From NCBI GenBank assembly GCA_030824555.1, contig JAVBXK010000052.1, positions 3,059 to 67,058 of the forward strand: a stretch of DNA of 64,000 nt. The letters are read 5' to 3'. The stretch comes from a bacterium (lineage in GTDB: Bacteria; Pseudomonadota; Gammaproteobacteria; Burkholderiales; Burkholderiaceae_C). Within the stretch, counting starts at the first letter, position 1. Each line of letters opens with the position of its first letter. Of the stretch, positions 39,541 through 50,630 are shown in pieces. The position numbers and the translations under genes were made by a program. The notes below the pieces were generated by a model that worked only from the letters and a program-made list of their open reading frames with translations, was not told where the DNA came from and made no database searches.

Positions 39541-41073
39541 TCAGAGTGGGATGTTCCCGTGCTTGCGCCAGGGGTTCTCAAGCTTTTTGTCTTTCAGCAT
39601 CACCAGCGAACGGCAGATGCGCTTGCGCGTTTCGTGCGGCAGGATCACGTCGTCGATGAAGCCACGGGCACCGGCCACAAACGGGTTGGCGAAGCGGGCT
39701 TTGTATTCGGCTTCTTTGGCGGCCAGTTTGGCGGGGTCGCCCTTGTCTTCGCGGAAGATGATTTCCACCGCGCCCTTGGCACCCATCACCGCAATTTCGG
39801 CGTTGGGCCAGGCCAGGTTAACGTCGCCGCGCAGGTGCTTGGAAGCCATCACGTCGTACGCGCCGCCGTAGGCCTTGCGGGTGATGACAGTGATTTTGGG
39901 CACCGTGCACTCGGCATACGCGTACAGCAGCTTGGCACCGTGCTTGATGATGCCGCCGTATTCTTGAGATGTACCGGGCATGAAGCCGGGGACGTCCACG
40001 AACGTGATGACCGGGATGTTGAACGCATCGCAAAAGCGCACGAAGCGCGCAGCCTTGATGGAGCTTTTGATGTCCAGGCAACCGGCCAGCACCAGCGGCT
40101 GGTTGGCCACGATGCCCACAGTCTGACCATCCATGCGGGCAAAGCCGATGAGGATGTTCTTGGCGTACTCGGGCTGCAGCTCGAAGAAGTCGCCATCGTC
40201 CACGGTTTTGACGATCAGCTCCTTCATGTCGTAGGGCTTGTTGGGGTTCTCGGGCACCAGGGTGTCCAGGCTCAACTCGACGCGGCCCACAGCGTCGCCG
40301 CTCTGGCGCACGGGGGCCTTTTCGCGGTTGGACAGCGGCAGGTAGTTGTACAGGCGGCGCAGCATCAGCAGCGCTTCCACGTCGTTTTCAAAGGCCAGGT
40401 CGGCCACGCCACTCTTGGTGGTGTGCGTCACGGCGCCGCCGAGTTCTTCGGCAGTCACTTCTTCGTGCGTCACGGTTTTCACCACTTCGGGGCCGGTGAC
40501 GAACATGTAGCTGCTGTCCTTCACCATGAAGATGAAGTCGGTCATGGCGGGCGAGTACACCGCACCACCGGCCGAGGGGCCCATGATCATGCTGATTTGC
40601 GGGATGACGCCGCTGGCCATCACGTTGCGCTGGAACACGTCGGCATAGCCGCCCAAGGACGCCACGCCTTCCTGAATGCGGGCACCGCCTGAATCGTTCA
40701 AGCCGATGACCGGTGCGCCCACCTTCATGGCCTGGTCCATCACCTTGCAGATTTTTTCGGCATGCGCTTCGGACAGCGCGCCGCCGAACACGGTGAAGTC
40801 CTGGCTGAACACGAACACCAGGCGGCCGTTGATCATGCCGTAGCCGGTGACCACGCCGTCGCCAGGAATCTTCTGGTCGGCCATGCCAAAGTCAGCACAG
40901 CGGTGCTCGACGAACATGTCCCATTCTTCAAACGTGCCTTCGTCCAGCAGCACCTCGATGCGCTCGCGGGCGGTCAGTTTGCCCTTCTTGTGCTGTGCGT
41001 CGATGCGCTTTTGGCCACCGCCCAAGCGGGCAGCGGCACGTTTTTCTTCCAGTTGGTCAAGGATGTCTTGCAT
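39541..41073 (-). CDS. pccB: Propionyl-CoA carboxylase beta subunit (carboxyltransferase)
   Basis: 510-aa carboxyltransferase with two crotonase-like halves. Typical N-terminus ...[22 protein letters not shown]. Confidence 0.92.
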   Translation of the reverse strand: MQDILDQLEEKRAAARLGGGQKRIDAQHKKGKLTARERIEVLLDEGTFEEWDMFVEHRCADFGMADQKIPGDGVVTGYGMINGRLVFVFSQDFTVFGGALSEAHAEKICKVMDQAMKVGAPVIGLNDSGGARIQEGVASLGGYADVFQRNVMASGVIPQISMIMGPSAGGAVYSPAMTDFIFMVKDSSYMFVTGPEVVKTVTHEEVTAEELGGAVTHTTKSGVADLAFENDVEALLMLRRLYNYLPLSNREKAPVRQSGDAVGRVELSLDTLVPENPNKPYDMKELIVKTVDDGDFFELQPEYAKNILIGFARMDGQTVGIVANQPLVLAGCLDIKSSIKAARFVRFCDAFNIPVITFVDVPGFMPGTSQEYGGIIKHGAKLLYAYAECTVPKITVITRKAYGGAYDVMASKHLRGDVNLAWPNAEIAVMGAKGAVEIIFREDKGDPAKLAAKEAEYKARFANPFVAGARGFIDDVILPHETRKRICRSLVMLKDKKLENPWRKHGNIPL

Positions 41074-41199
41074 GGTGGACTCTTTCAGGGGGACGGAATG
41101 GGGGTGGTTTTCAGTGGCTCACCGGCTGATGCAGCGGCGCATCCAACTGAAATTTCAAATGAAAAATGGCTGAATTTTTAAAGAAAAAATCAAAATATA

Positions 41200-41255
41200 A
41201 ATAGCAAACTATTATTCAAATAAAAGCGATGAGATGTTTTTTTACACAAAATATC
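41200..41255 (+). repeat. AT-rich intergenic element, copy C
   Basis: aATAGCAAACTATtaTTCAAataaaAGCGATGAGatgTTTTTTTACACAAAATATC. Shares ATAGCAAACTAT and AAGCGATGAG exactly with copy D. Confidence 0.7.
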
Positions 41256-41280
41256 AGCTCCTGTTTTTTACTCTCATTTT

Positions 41281-42300
41281 TCAAACTGCTGCAGGCCCTT
41301 GCCCAGCGTACAACGCCAGCAGCTGCCGTGCGGCGGTGCTGGCGGCCACGTCGCCGCTGGCCACCTGGCGCGTGAGCGCTTCCAACTGCGCACGCACAGC
41401 CGGGTGCTGGCGAAAAGCCAGCTTCAGTCCGGCGTCGATGCGCTCCCACATCCAGGCTTGCGCCTGATGCTGGCGGCGCGCAGCCAGCTTGCCATTGGCG
41501 GTTTGCAAGGTCTGGTAGCGCAGCACTTCGGCCCAGAACGTGTCCACGCCCTGGCCCAGCAGCGCGCTGAGCTGGATGACTTGCGGGTGCCATATTTCTT
41601 GATCATGGTGAACATGCTCGGGGTTGCCATGCAGCCCCAACAACCGCAAGCTGGACATGATCTGTGCCCTCGCACGCGTGGCGGCGTTGGGGTCGATGTC
41701 GGCCTTGTTGATGACCACCAGGTCGGCCAGCTCCATCACGCCTTTCTTGATGGCCTGCAGGTCGTCGCCCGCATTGGGCAGTTGCAGCAGACAGAACATG
41801 TCGGTCATGTTGGCCACGGCCGTTTCGCTCTGGCCCACGCCCACGGTTTCCACCAGCACCACGCTGTAGCCAGCGGCCTCGCACACCAACATGCTTTCGC
41901 GTGTTTTTTCGGCCACGCCGCCCAGCGTGCCACTGCTGGGGCTGGGACGGATGTAGGCGTCAGGGTGGACCGACAGGTGCTCCATGCGGGTTTTGTCGCC
42001 CAGAATGCTGCCGCCCGACACGGTGGACGATGGGTCCACCGCCAGCACGGCCACGCGGTGACCCAGGCCAATCAGGTACAGGCCCAAGGCCTCGATGAAG
42101 GTGCTTTTGCCCACGCCCGGCACGCCGCTGATGCCCAGGCGCAGAGACTTACCGGTGTGCGGCAGCATGGCTGTCAGCAGCTCGTCGGCCTGGGCGCGGT
42201 GGTCGGCACGGGTGGACTCCAGTAGCGTGATGGCCTTGGCCATGGCACGGCGCTGCTGGGCGGGGTTGCCGCTGACGATGTGGTCAAGCATTGGGGTCAT
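41281..42300 (-). CDS. meaB: Methylmalonyl-CoA mutase-associated GTPase MeaB (ArgK)
   Basis: P-loop GVPGVGKSTF, and NKAD (VINKADID). Confidence 0.92.
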   Translation of the reverse strand: MTPMLDHIVSGNPAQQRRAMAKAITLLESTRADHRAQADELLTAMLPHTGKSLRLGISGVPGVGKSTFIEALGLYLIGLGHRVAVLAVDPSSTVSGGSILGDKTRMEHLSVHPDAYIRPSPSSGTLGGVAEKTRESMLVCEAAGYSVVLVETVGVGQSETAVANMTDMFCLLQLPNAGDDLQAIKKGVMELADLVVINKADIDPNAATRARAQIMSSLRLLGLHGNPEHVHHDQEIWHPQVIQLSALLGQGVDTFWAEVLRYQTLQTANGKLAARRQHQAQAWMWERIDAGLKLAFRQHPAVRAQLEALTRQVASGDVAASTAARQLLALYAGQGPAAV

Positions 42301-42695
42301 GCGGCCCAGTTCTCCAGCTTCAAGCCCTCGATGCGCTCGAACTCGCGGGTGTTGTTGGTGACCATCACGGCATCAAGCGCGAGCGCCTGGCAACCGATGA
42401 GCAAATCCAGTTCACCGATGGGTTGCCCCGATTTCTTCAGCCTGGATTTGTTCCTGGCAAAGTGCCACATGGCAGATTCATCCCAAGGCACGACCGTGAT
42501 GAGATGAAGAAAGCCGCTCAGAGCCCGGCGGTTTTCCTCGACCCTTGCGCTGTGTTCCACGCCATAGGCCAACTCCGCAGCGACCAGCGATGAAATGGCC
42601 AAGTCGCTGGGCTCAGCCGCACGAAACCTGGCCGTCACAGCGGGATACCGCCTCGAAATGAAATACGCACAGATGTTGGTATCCAGAAAATACAT
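42297..42695 (-). CDS. vapC: Type II toxin VapC (PIN-domain ribonuclease)
   Basis: MYFLDTNICAYF (PIN N-terminal Asp), 132 aa, and a C-terminal ...VTNNTREFERI. Follows vapB by 6 nt. Confidence 0.88.
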   Translation of the reverse strand: MYFLDTNICAYFISRRYPAVTARFRAAEPSDLAISSLVAAELAYGVEHSARVEENRRALSGFLHLITVVPWDESAMWHFARNKSRLKKSGQPIGELDLLIGCQALALDAVMVTNNTREFERIEGLKLENWAA

Positions 42696-42701
42696 GGCGA
42701 A

Positions 42702-42962
42702 TCAGTCGAAGCTCACGGGATCGCTCAGGTGGGCGTGGTCGCGCTCAATGTGCTCGGGCATGCCATCGAACCCCGCAAGCACCTTCTCCATTTCCGCCCA
42801 CCACTCGTCTTTGCCGGTCAGCTTAGGCCTCAGCACAACGGCATTGCCCACCTTTTCAATGGTGACTTCGTCCGTGGCAAACCGAAACGCCTTGGGCAGG
42901 CGCACGGCTTGGCTTCGGCCGGTAGTGAACACTTTGGCGGTAGCTAATGTGGCGGTGGTCAT
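42702..42962 (-). CDS. vapB: Type II antitoxin VapB (AbrB/SpoVT-type)
   Basis: MTTATLATAKVFTTGRSQAVRLPKAFRF. AGGAG lies 7 nt upstream of the ATG at 42962. Confidence 0.85.
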   Translation of the reverse strand: MTTATLATAKVFTTGRSQAVRLPKAFRFATDEVTIEKVGNAVVLRPKLTGKDEWWAEMEKVLAGFDGMPEHIERDHAHLSDPVSFD

Positions 42963-42978
42963 GGTGTGGCTCCTGCGA

Positions 42979-42996
42979 TTTTGATACATATCAAAA
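42979..42996. promoter_or_regulatory. Perfect inverted repeat in the vapBC promoter (probable VapBC operator)
   Basis: TTTTGATA-ca-TATCAAAA lies 17 nt upstream of the vapB ATG, within an AT-rich stretch that has TATATA/TTGATT promoter-like hexamers on the minus strand. Confidence 0.5.
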
Positions 42997-43031
42997 ATAT
43001 ATACCAAATCAACCCATCATGCAGTGGTCTT

Positions 43032-45182
<2,151 letters not shown>

Positions 45183-45238
45183 GGGCAGACCTCGACAGTG
45201 CAACAGGGAATGGGTGAAACACGGCATTTTACGTGATT

Positions 45239-45248
45239 CATAATTATG
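45239..45248. promoter_or_regulatory. 10-bp perfect palindrome in the mutase/GntR divergent region (candidate operator)
   Basis: CATAATTATG within tgattCATAATTATGtattca. The assignment to the GntR regulator is a guess. Confidence 0.25.
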
Positions 45249-45285
45249 TATTCAGAAAATTGTGCAGCCCTTACAATGCTGGCCC

Positions 45286-45921
45286 ATGGCTGCCGTCACC
45301 CTCACCTCCCGCGCACTGTACGAAGAAGTGGCTGAGCTGCTGCGTCAGCGCATCTTCAGCCGTGAGCTGGAACCCGGCAGCTGGATTGACGAGCTGCGCA
45401 TTGCCGACCAACTGGGCATCAGCCGCACGCCGCTGCGCGAGGCCTTGAAGGTGTTGGCCGCAGAAGGCCTGGTCACCATGAAGGTGCGCCGTGGGGCCTA
45501 CGTGACCGAGGTGTCCGAGCAAGACTTGCGCGATGTTTACCACCTGCTGAGCCTGCTGGAAAGCGATGCGGCCGGCGTGGTGGCCACCACGGCCGAAAGC
45601 AGCCAGATGTCCGAGCTGGCTGACCTGCACAGCAAACTGGAAGCGGCGGTGCAGGACGCCGAAGCCTTTTTTGACATCAACGAACGCTTTCACATGCGCC
45701 TGCTGGAGCTGGCCAACAACCGCTGGCGCGATCAGATGGTGGCCGACCTGCGCAAGGTCATGAAGCTCAACCGCCACAACTCGCTGCTGAAAAGCGGCCG
45801 CATAGAAGAATCACTGGCCGAGCACCGCGCCATCATGCAGGCCTTGGCAGCACGCGATGCCGCAGCCACCACCGCCCGCATGCGCGAGCACTTTGCGAAT
45901 GGGCTGAACGCCGCCGTCTGA
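45286..45921 (+). CDS. GntR-family regulator (FadR/FCD subfamily)
   Basis: wHTH ...ELRIADQLGISRTPLREALKVLAAEGLV, followed by a helical FCD-like C-terminus. Confidence 0.88.
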   Translation: MAAVTLTSRALYEEVAELLRQRIFSRELEPGSWIDELRIADQLGISRTPLREALKVLAAEGLVTMKVRRGAYVTEVSEQDLRDVYHLLSLLESDAAGVVATTAESSQMSELADLHSKLEAAVQDAEAFFDINERFHMRLLELANNRWRDQMVADLRKVMKLNRHNSLLKSGRIEESLAEHRAIMQALAARDAAATTARMREHFANGLNAAV

Positions 45922-46085
45922 GGAGCCAGCCAGTCTGGCAAATAGACTGCGAAGTTGCACGCCATATTCCTACGTCACTCGCATAACAGAAAACCATTCA
46001 TTGGTGTATTTGCTTACTTGTAAACCCTGTTGAAGAAGTGGTTGGCAAAGTCCAACATTCAGCCTTCTCATCACAGGAGTTACAA

Positions 46086-46976
46086 GTGGTTACAAAAAAG
46101 CAACTCGGCGCAAGGCGTGCCATGGCCATCGTGTTTACTGGCTGTGTGGCAACAGCACTGATGTTCACCGGCACGGCCAATGCAGATGAGAAACGACCGC
46201 GCACCCTGGCTGAACAACTGATTCATGACGTGCGAGAGGGCAAGGTCAAGGCAAACAGCGAAGACAGTGGCGCGGTTCAGGAATTGATTGTCAGCCGCAA
46301 TTTGCCCATTTCATACAAGACCATCAACACCCTGATGCAGACACCCAACGCATTTGGCTCAGGCGCTGCGTGCACAACTTGTCACTCGTCTCAAGATGCC
46401 ACCAAGAGTTTCCGCGGGTTGGACTTGTCTACTTGCAAGGGTATCAATGAGGGCTCTACGGAAGAACCCAAACGCGCCCTCTTCGTAGCAGGCAAAGACC
46501 CCAAACGAGATGTCCTGATCCGACGCCTGCGCAACAACCGCATGCCATTGGGCGCCGGCTTTCACCTCCCCCATGACACACCCAATTACCTGGCAGTCAA
46601 AAACTGGATCGTTGACGGGGCCAAAGACGACGACAACTTCAAAAAAAATGTGGGCCCTTTGTTCAGGAAAGCGAACGCTTTCGGTCCCAACACCCCTGCA
46701 TGCACCGCATGCCACATGTCGAATCAAGAGCCACCAAGCTTTCATGAGCTGAACCTGCGAACCCACGCAGGCATCATGTTGGGTGCCGACTCAGTGGCCA
46801 AAGGCGTGGACAAAGCAACCAAAGTCGTCATTCCAGGCGACCCGGACCTGAGCTTCTTGTGGCAGCACCTGGTCGAGGACCGCATGCCTCCCGGCATCAG
46901 TCCGGCTGAAAATCGCGATCACCCCAGCACATCCATTTTGTCTCTGTGGATCAAGCAGGGAGCCAAGTGCGATTGA
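46086..46976 (+). CDS. Dihaem c-type cytochrome made of two PSCyt1-like (planctomycete cytochrome c) modules
   Basis: Two CxxCH motifs (CTTCH, CTACH). Each is followed by ...L(D/N)L..., RMP(L/P)G and (N/L)WI..GAK. Signal peptide [26 protein letters not shown] lies 7 nt before the GTG at 46086. Confidence 0.7.
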   Translation: MVTKKQLGARRAMAIVFTGCVATALMFTGTANADEKRPRTLAEQLIHDVREGKVKANSEDSGAVQELIVSRNLPISYKTINTLMQTPNAFGSGAACTTCHSSQDATKSFRGLDLSTCKGINEGSTEEPKRALFVAGKDPKRDVLIRRLRNNRMPLGAGFHLPHDTPNYLAVKNWIVDGAKDDDNFKKNVGPLFRKANAFGPNTPACTACHMSNQEPPSFHELNLRTHAGIMLGADSVAKGVDKATKVVIPGDPDLSFLWQHLVEDRMPPGISPAENRDHPSTSILSLWIKQGAKCD

Positions 46977-48088
46977 TGCCCAAACCTGCGACTGCAACAC
47001 GCAGACACATCCTGGCGGCGCTGGCCACTGGGATGTGGATTCCGGGCCTGAGCCAAGCTGCACAAGGCGTTGGTGCCCGAAAGGAGTACGAAAGCGCTTT
47101 CTTTGTGGCAAAGGAATGGGACAGCGCGAACACGCTGCTGGCCCCACTGACCTGGTCAAATGACCGGGTCTTGTTTGCTGGGGACAAGACGGTGGGTTGC
47201 ATTCAACCCAGATCACCCAAAGTGGCATGGTGTGTCGAGCACGGCTTGTCCGCAGATGCGGTGTTTCGCCCTCGCGCAATCGGGCGGCAGATGCTGGTGG
47301 GTGGATTGAATGAGCTGGGCGCCTGGGACGTGACCAACGGCAAGCGTGTGTGGCTGCACACCGCCCACCAACAAATGGGCGCGCCTTGCGTGACCCCCAC
47401 CCACACCTTTGCAGGTGATGGACATGAACTTCTGGCCCTGGACAACAGCAGCGGAAAAGTACTGTGGCGCTTTGCAAGCACACCCGACACGTTGACGTCC
47501 TATGCCCCTGTGGTGGCAGGTGACACCGTTTTGTTCTGCCCCGGCAACGGCATCCTGTATGCCCTGTCAACTCATGATGGGCACCTGAAATGGCAACTTG
47601 ACCGCAGTGAAGAATGGCAGTACTTGCGCCAGCTGCATGTCAGTGGTTCGATATTGGTAGCGGGCAGCTACAAAGAGTTGCTTTACGGCATTTCCATTCT
47701 CGATGGCAAGGTGTTGTGGACCTTCAATGCAGGCAACTTCATCAACTCACACCACGTGACGGGCAATTCCGCTTACCTGTGGTCCCCCACGGGCTGGGTC
47801 TATGCCATCGATACACAAATGGGCGGTGTCCGTTGGCGACATCAAACCACCAATTACGGTCAAGCTCACACCAATTGGGCCCCCATGATGGCGGAGCTTG
47901 TCAGCCGGGGAGATCAACTGTTTGCGTTGGACTTGAACAATGTGCTGCATGTGCTCGACGTGTCGTCAGGGCAAGAAATCAAACGCATTGTTTCAAAGGA
48001 TTCATTGCGTCCAACCGTCGTCCCGCTGGGGCACGCCCAAGCATTGCTTGCGACAGAAGAGGGCCGCATCCAGCAGGTACGCTGGTAG
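46976..48088 (+). CDS. PQQ-like/BamB-like beta-propeller repeat protein with a twin-arginine signal
   Basis: [31 protein letters not shown] (TRRHIL Tat motif). Repeated ...G..LW.. blades. The start overlaps the cytochrome stop (TGATG). Confidence 0.7.
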   Translation: MPKPATATRRHILAALATGMWIPGLSQAAQGVGARKEYESAFFVAKEWDSANTLLAPLTWSNDRVLFAGDKTVGCIQPRSPKVAWCVEHGLSADAVFRPRAIGRQMLVGGLNELGAWDVTNGKRVWLHTAHQQMGAPCVTPTHTFAGDGHELLALDNSSGKVLWRFASTPDTLTSYAPVVAGDTVLFCPGNGILYALSTHDGHLKWQLDRSEEWQYLRQLHVSGSILVAGSYKELLYGISILDGKVLWTFNAGNFINSHHVTGNSAYLWSPTGWVYAIDTQMGGVRWRHQTTNYGQAHTNWAPMMAELVSRGDQLFALDLNNVLHVLDVSSGQEIKRIVSKDSLRPTVVPLGHAQALLATEEGRIQQVRW

Positions 48089-48132
48089 TCAGCTCGATAC
48101 AGATTGCTGGCGTCCAGGTTGTCTGATGGACA

Positions 48133-48960
48133 TCAGTCGCCGTTGTCGCCCCCAATCAAGCCCCCCATCGCGCCACCCAGCAAGCCGCCCGCAGCGAAGC
48201 CACCCAGCACCGAGCCTTCTTCCTTCGAGCCACCGCGCTGTGGCGCCGCCGCAAAAATGCGCGATGCCAGGCGAGAAAACGGCAGGCTTTGCAGCCACAC
48301 GGTGCCGGGGCCAGTCATCTTGGCCAGGAACAACCCCTCACCACCGAACAGCGCGGTTTTGATTTTGCCGACGTATTGAATTTCAAAGTTCACATTGGGC
48401 GTGTAGGCCACCACACAACCGGTGTCCACCATCAGCGTTTGCCCTGCGGCCAGTTCGCGCTTGACCACCGTGCCACCCGCGTGCACAAAAGCCAAGCCTT
48501 CGCCATCGAGCTTTTGCATGATGAAGCCTTCGCCACCGAAAAAGCCCACCGACAATTTCCGCTGAAAAGCAATGCCCAAGCTCACACCACGCGCGGCGCA
48601 CAAAAACGCGTCTTTCTGGCAAATGAGCGTGCCGCCCAGCTGACGCAAATCCATGGGCAAAATTTTGCCGGGGTAAGGCGCGGCAAACGCCACACGCTGC
48701 TTGCCTGAGCCGTTGTTGGTGTACACGGTGGTGAACAGCGATTCGCCGGTGATCAGGCGCTTGCCCGCGCCCATGAGCTTGCCAAAAAACCCGCCGCTTT
48801 GCTGCGCCCCGTCGCCAAACACCGTGTCCATGGCAATGCCTGCGTCCATGAACATGAGGCTGCCCGCCTCACCGATGGCGGCTTCGCCGGGGTCCAGCTC
48901 CACTTCCACAAACTGCATTTCTGCACCGCGAATGTCGTAGTCGATCACGTCCATGGCCAT
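48133..48960 (-). CDS. AIM24 / TIGR00266-family protein with a Gly-rich C-terminal tail
   Basis: [44 protein letters not shown] lies 7 nt before the ATG at 48960. Confidence 0.75.
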   Translation of the reverse strand: MAMDVIDYDIRGAEMQFVEVELDPGEAAIGEAGSLMFMDAGIAMDTVFGDGAQQSGGFFGKLMGAGKRLITGESLFTTVYTNNGSGKQRVAFAAPYPGKILPMDLRQLGGTLICQKDAFLCAARGVSLGIAFQRKLSVGFFGGEGFIMQKLDGEGLAFVHAGGTVVKRELAAGQTLMVDTGCVVAYTPNVNFEIQYVGKIKTALFGGEGLFLAKMTGPGTVWLQSLPFSRLASRIFAAAPQRGGSKEEGSVLGGFAAGGLLGGAMGGLIGGDNGD

Positions 48961-49060
48961 GAAGGGGCTCCTGTCAAAAGTAACGAAGGGAGATGCAGCG
49001 GCACGTTGCGGACACCGCTGCTGCACGGCCAGATGATAGGGGAGCCGGACGCTCTGCCTC

Positions 49061-49417
49061 TCAGCCCAAGTCACGGGCATCGGTACCCTTCAGCGTACCG
49101 GGCTTGACCGTGGACTTGGGTTTGCGTGCACTGAAACGGCGCGACAGCGTGTGGCTGGCACGGGCCAAAGCCACTTCCAGCGTGGCCCGCCAATCGGCTC
49201 CGCGCGACGACACCACCAGCACACCACCGTTGGCTGTGTTGAACTGGATCTGGCACAGCTTGTCCACCCCGCCGCGTGGGCCGTTCAGGTCTTTCAGGCG
49301 CACCACGGCACGGCTGACAAAGCTGGACAGGCGCTGCGTGGCAATCCTGACCCGGCTTTCAGCCTGAGCGCGCAATGCCTGGGCATCCGGGTGATGGGCT
49401 TGAATGACAACTTCCAT
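49061..49417 (-). CDS. Short HPF/RaiA-like ribosome-associated protein (tentative)
   Basis: 118 aa. The pattern [20 protein letters not shown] resembles short sigma54-modulation/HPF-family proteins. AGGAG RBS. Confidence 0.5.
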   Translation of the reverse strand: MEVVIQAHHPDAQALRAQAESRVRIATQRLSSFVSRAVVRLKDLNGPRGGVDKLCQIQFNTANGGVLVVSSRGADWRATLEVALARASHTLSRRFSARKPKSTVKPGTLKGTDARDLG

Positions 49418-49531
49418 GTTTGAACTCCTGTTGGGTTGAGAGAGGCCTTCATCGTGCCGCCGCCAACAATCCCAAAAAAGCAGCGCATTAATGATTTACA
49501 TTCTGTTTAAAACGAATTGAAATCACAAGTC

Positions 49532-50581
49532 ATGACCACCTACAACTACAAGCACCTGTACTACTTCTGGGTCGTTGCCAAGGAAGGCGGCATGTCACGG
49601 GCCGCCGAGCGCCTGGGCATGGCGGTGCAAACCATCAGCGCACAGGTGCGCGAACTGGAGCGCTCGCTGGGCCATCAGTTGCTCAAGCCCGTGGGCCGCA
49701 ACGTGGGCCTGACCGAAGCGGGCCACGCTGCCTACGCACAGGCTGAACAGCTGTTCCAGCTGGGCGAGCAACTGCCCGACGTATTGCGTGCCGCCACCGA
49801 AGCGCCGCAAATTGCCCTGCGCGTGGGCATTTCAGATGGCTTGCCCAAAATGGCCATTCCGCGCTTGTTGGGGTCGGTATTGGCGCAGCCCAACTTGCGG
49901 CTGGAATGCCATGACGACGAGTTTGAAGACCTGCTGGCCGACCTGGCCCTGCACCGGCTGGACATGGTGCTGGCCGACCGCCCTGCCCCGCCCAACGACA
50001 ACGTGCGTGTGTACAGCCATGCGCTGGGTTCGTCGCCCATCGGCTGGTATGGCACGCCCGAACTGGCGGCGCGCTGGGCCACCGCCTGGGCAGCCACGGC
50101 ACCCGAGGCTGGGTCCCCTGACCGGCTGGGCCGACTGGACCGGTATGCCCCACCAGCAGTCCCACCTCAAACACGTCACCCGGTTGAGGCGACTGGTACC
50201 GAGGGCGCTGATGGCGCAGACAGCGAAGATGCCGCCCGCACGGCCGCCACGCTGGCCCAACTGCCGCTGCTGCTGCCCACCACCCACTCTGCGGTGCGCC
50301 GCCGGTTGGCCCAGTGGTTCGAAGCGCACCATGTGCAACCCCGTGTGGTGGGCGAGTTTGAAGACAGCGCGCTGCTGAACACTTTCGGAGCCACGGGCAT
50401 GGGCGTGTTCCCCTCGCCCGACTTGGTCAAGGGCGACCTGCACACCCGCATGGGCCTGCAACGGCTGGCCGGGTGCGGCACGGTGGCCGAGCAGTTCTAC
50501 CTGATCGGCTCGGAGCGCAAGGTCATGCACCCGCTGGTCAAACAGGTGCTGGCGCACGACCAAACTTTATTTGATAGCTGA
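49532..50581 (+). CDS. LysR-family regulator (NhaR-like) with a low-complexity insertion in the effector domain
   Basis: YKHLYYFWVVAKEGGMSRAAERLGMAVQTISAQVRELE HTH. Confidence 0.85.
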   Translation: MTTYNYKHLYYFWVVAKEGGMSRAAERLGMAVQTISAQVRELERSLGHQLLKPVGRNVGLTEAGHAAYAQAEQLFQLGEQLPDVLRAATEAPQIALRVGISDGLPKMAIPRLLGSVLAQPNLRLECHDDEFEDLLADLALHRLDMVLADRPAPPNDNVRVYSHALGSSPIGWYGTPELAARWATAWAATAPEAGSPDRLGRLDRYAPPAVPPQTRHPVEATGTEGADGADSEDAARTAATLAQLPLLLPTTHSAVRRRLAQWFEAHHVQPRVVGEFEDSALLNTFGATGMGVFPSPDLVKGDLHTRMGLQRLAGCGTVAEQFYLIGSERKVMHPLVKQVLAHDQTLFDS

Positions 50582-50630
50582 CTGCGCAATCAAATCATGC
50601 GGTTAAGCACTTTTTTATTCACAATTTATC
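50570..50630 (+). repeat. AT-rich intergenic element, copy B
   Basis: tttgATAGCtgactgcgcAATCAaatcatGCGGTTAAGCACTTTTTTATTCacaatttatc. It fills the 44-bp gap between the convergent LysR and TAXI genes and overlaps both stops. Confidence 0.7.

Noticed and set aside
45183-45285. A cobalamin riboswitch or other leader RNA upstream of the B12-dependent mutase operon.
   Set aside because: The spacer is only about 100 bp and is shared with the divergent GntR gene. I could not recognise a B12-box-like conserved core. Only a short palindrome is present.
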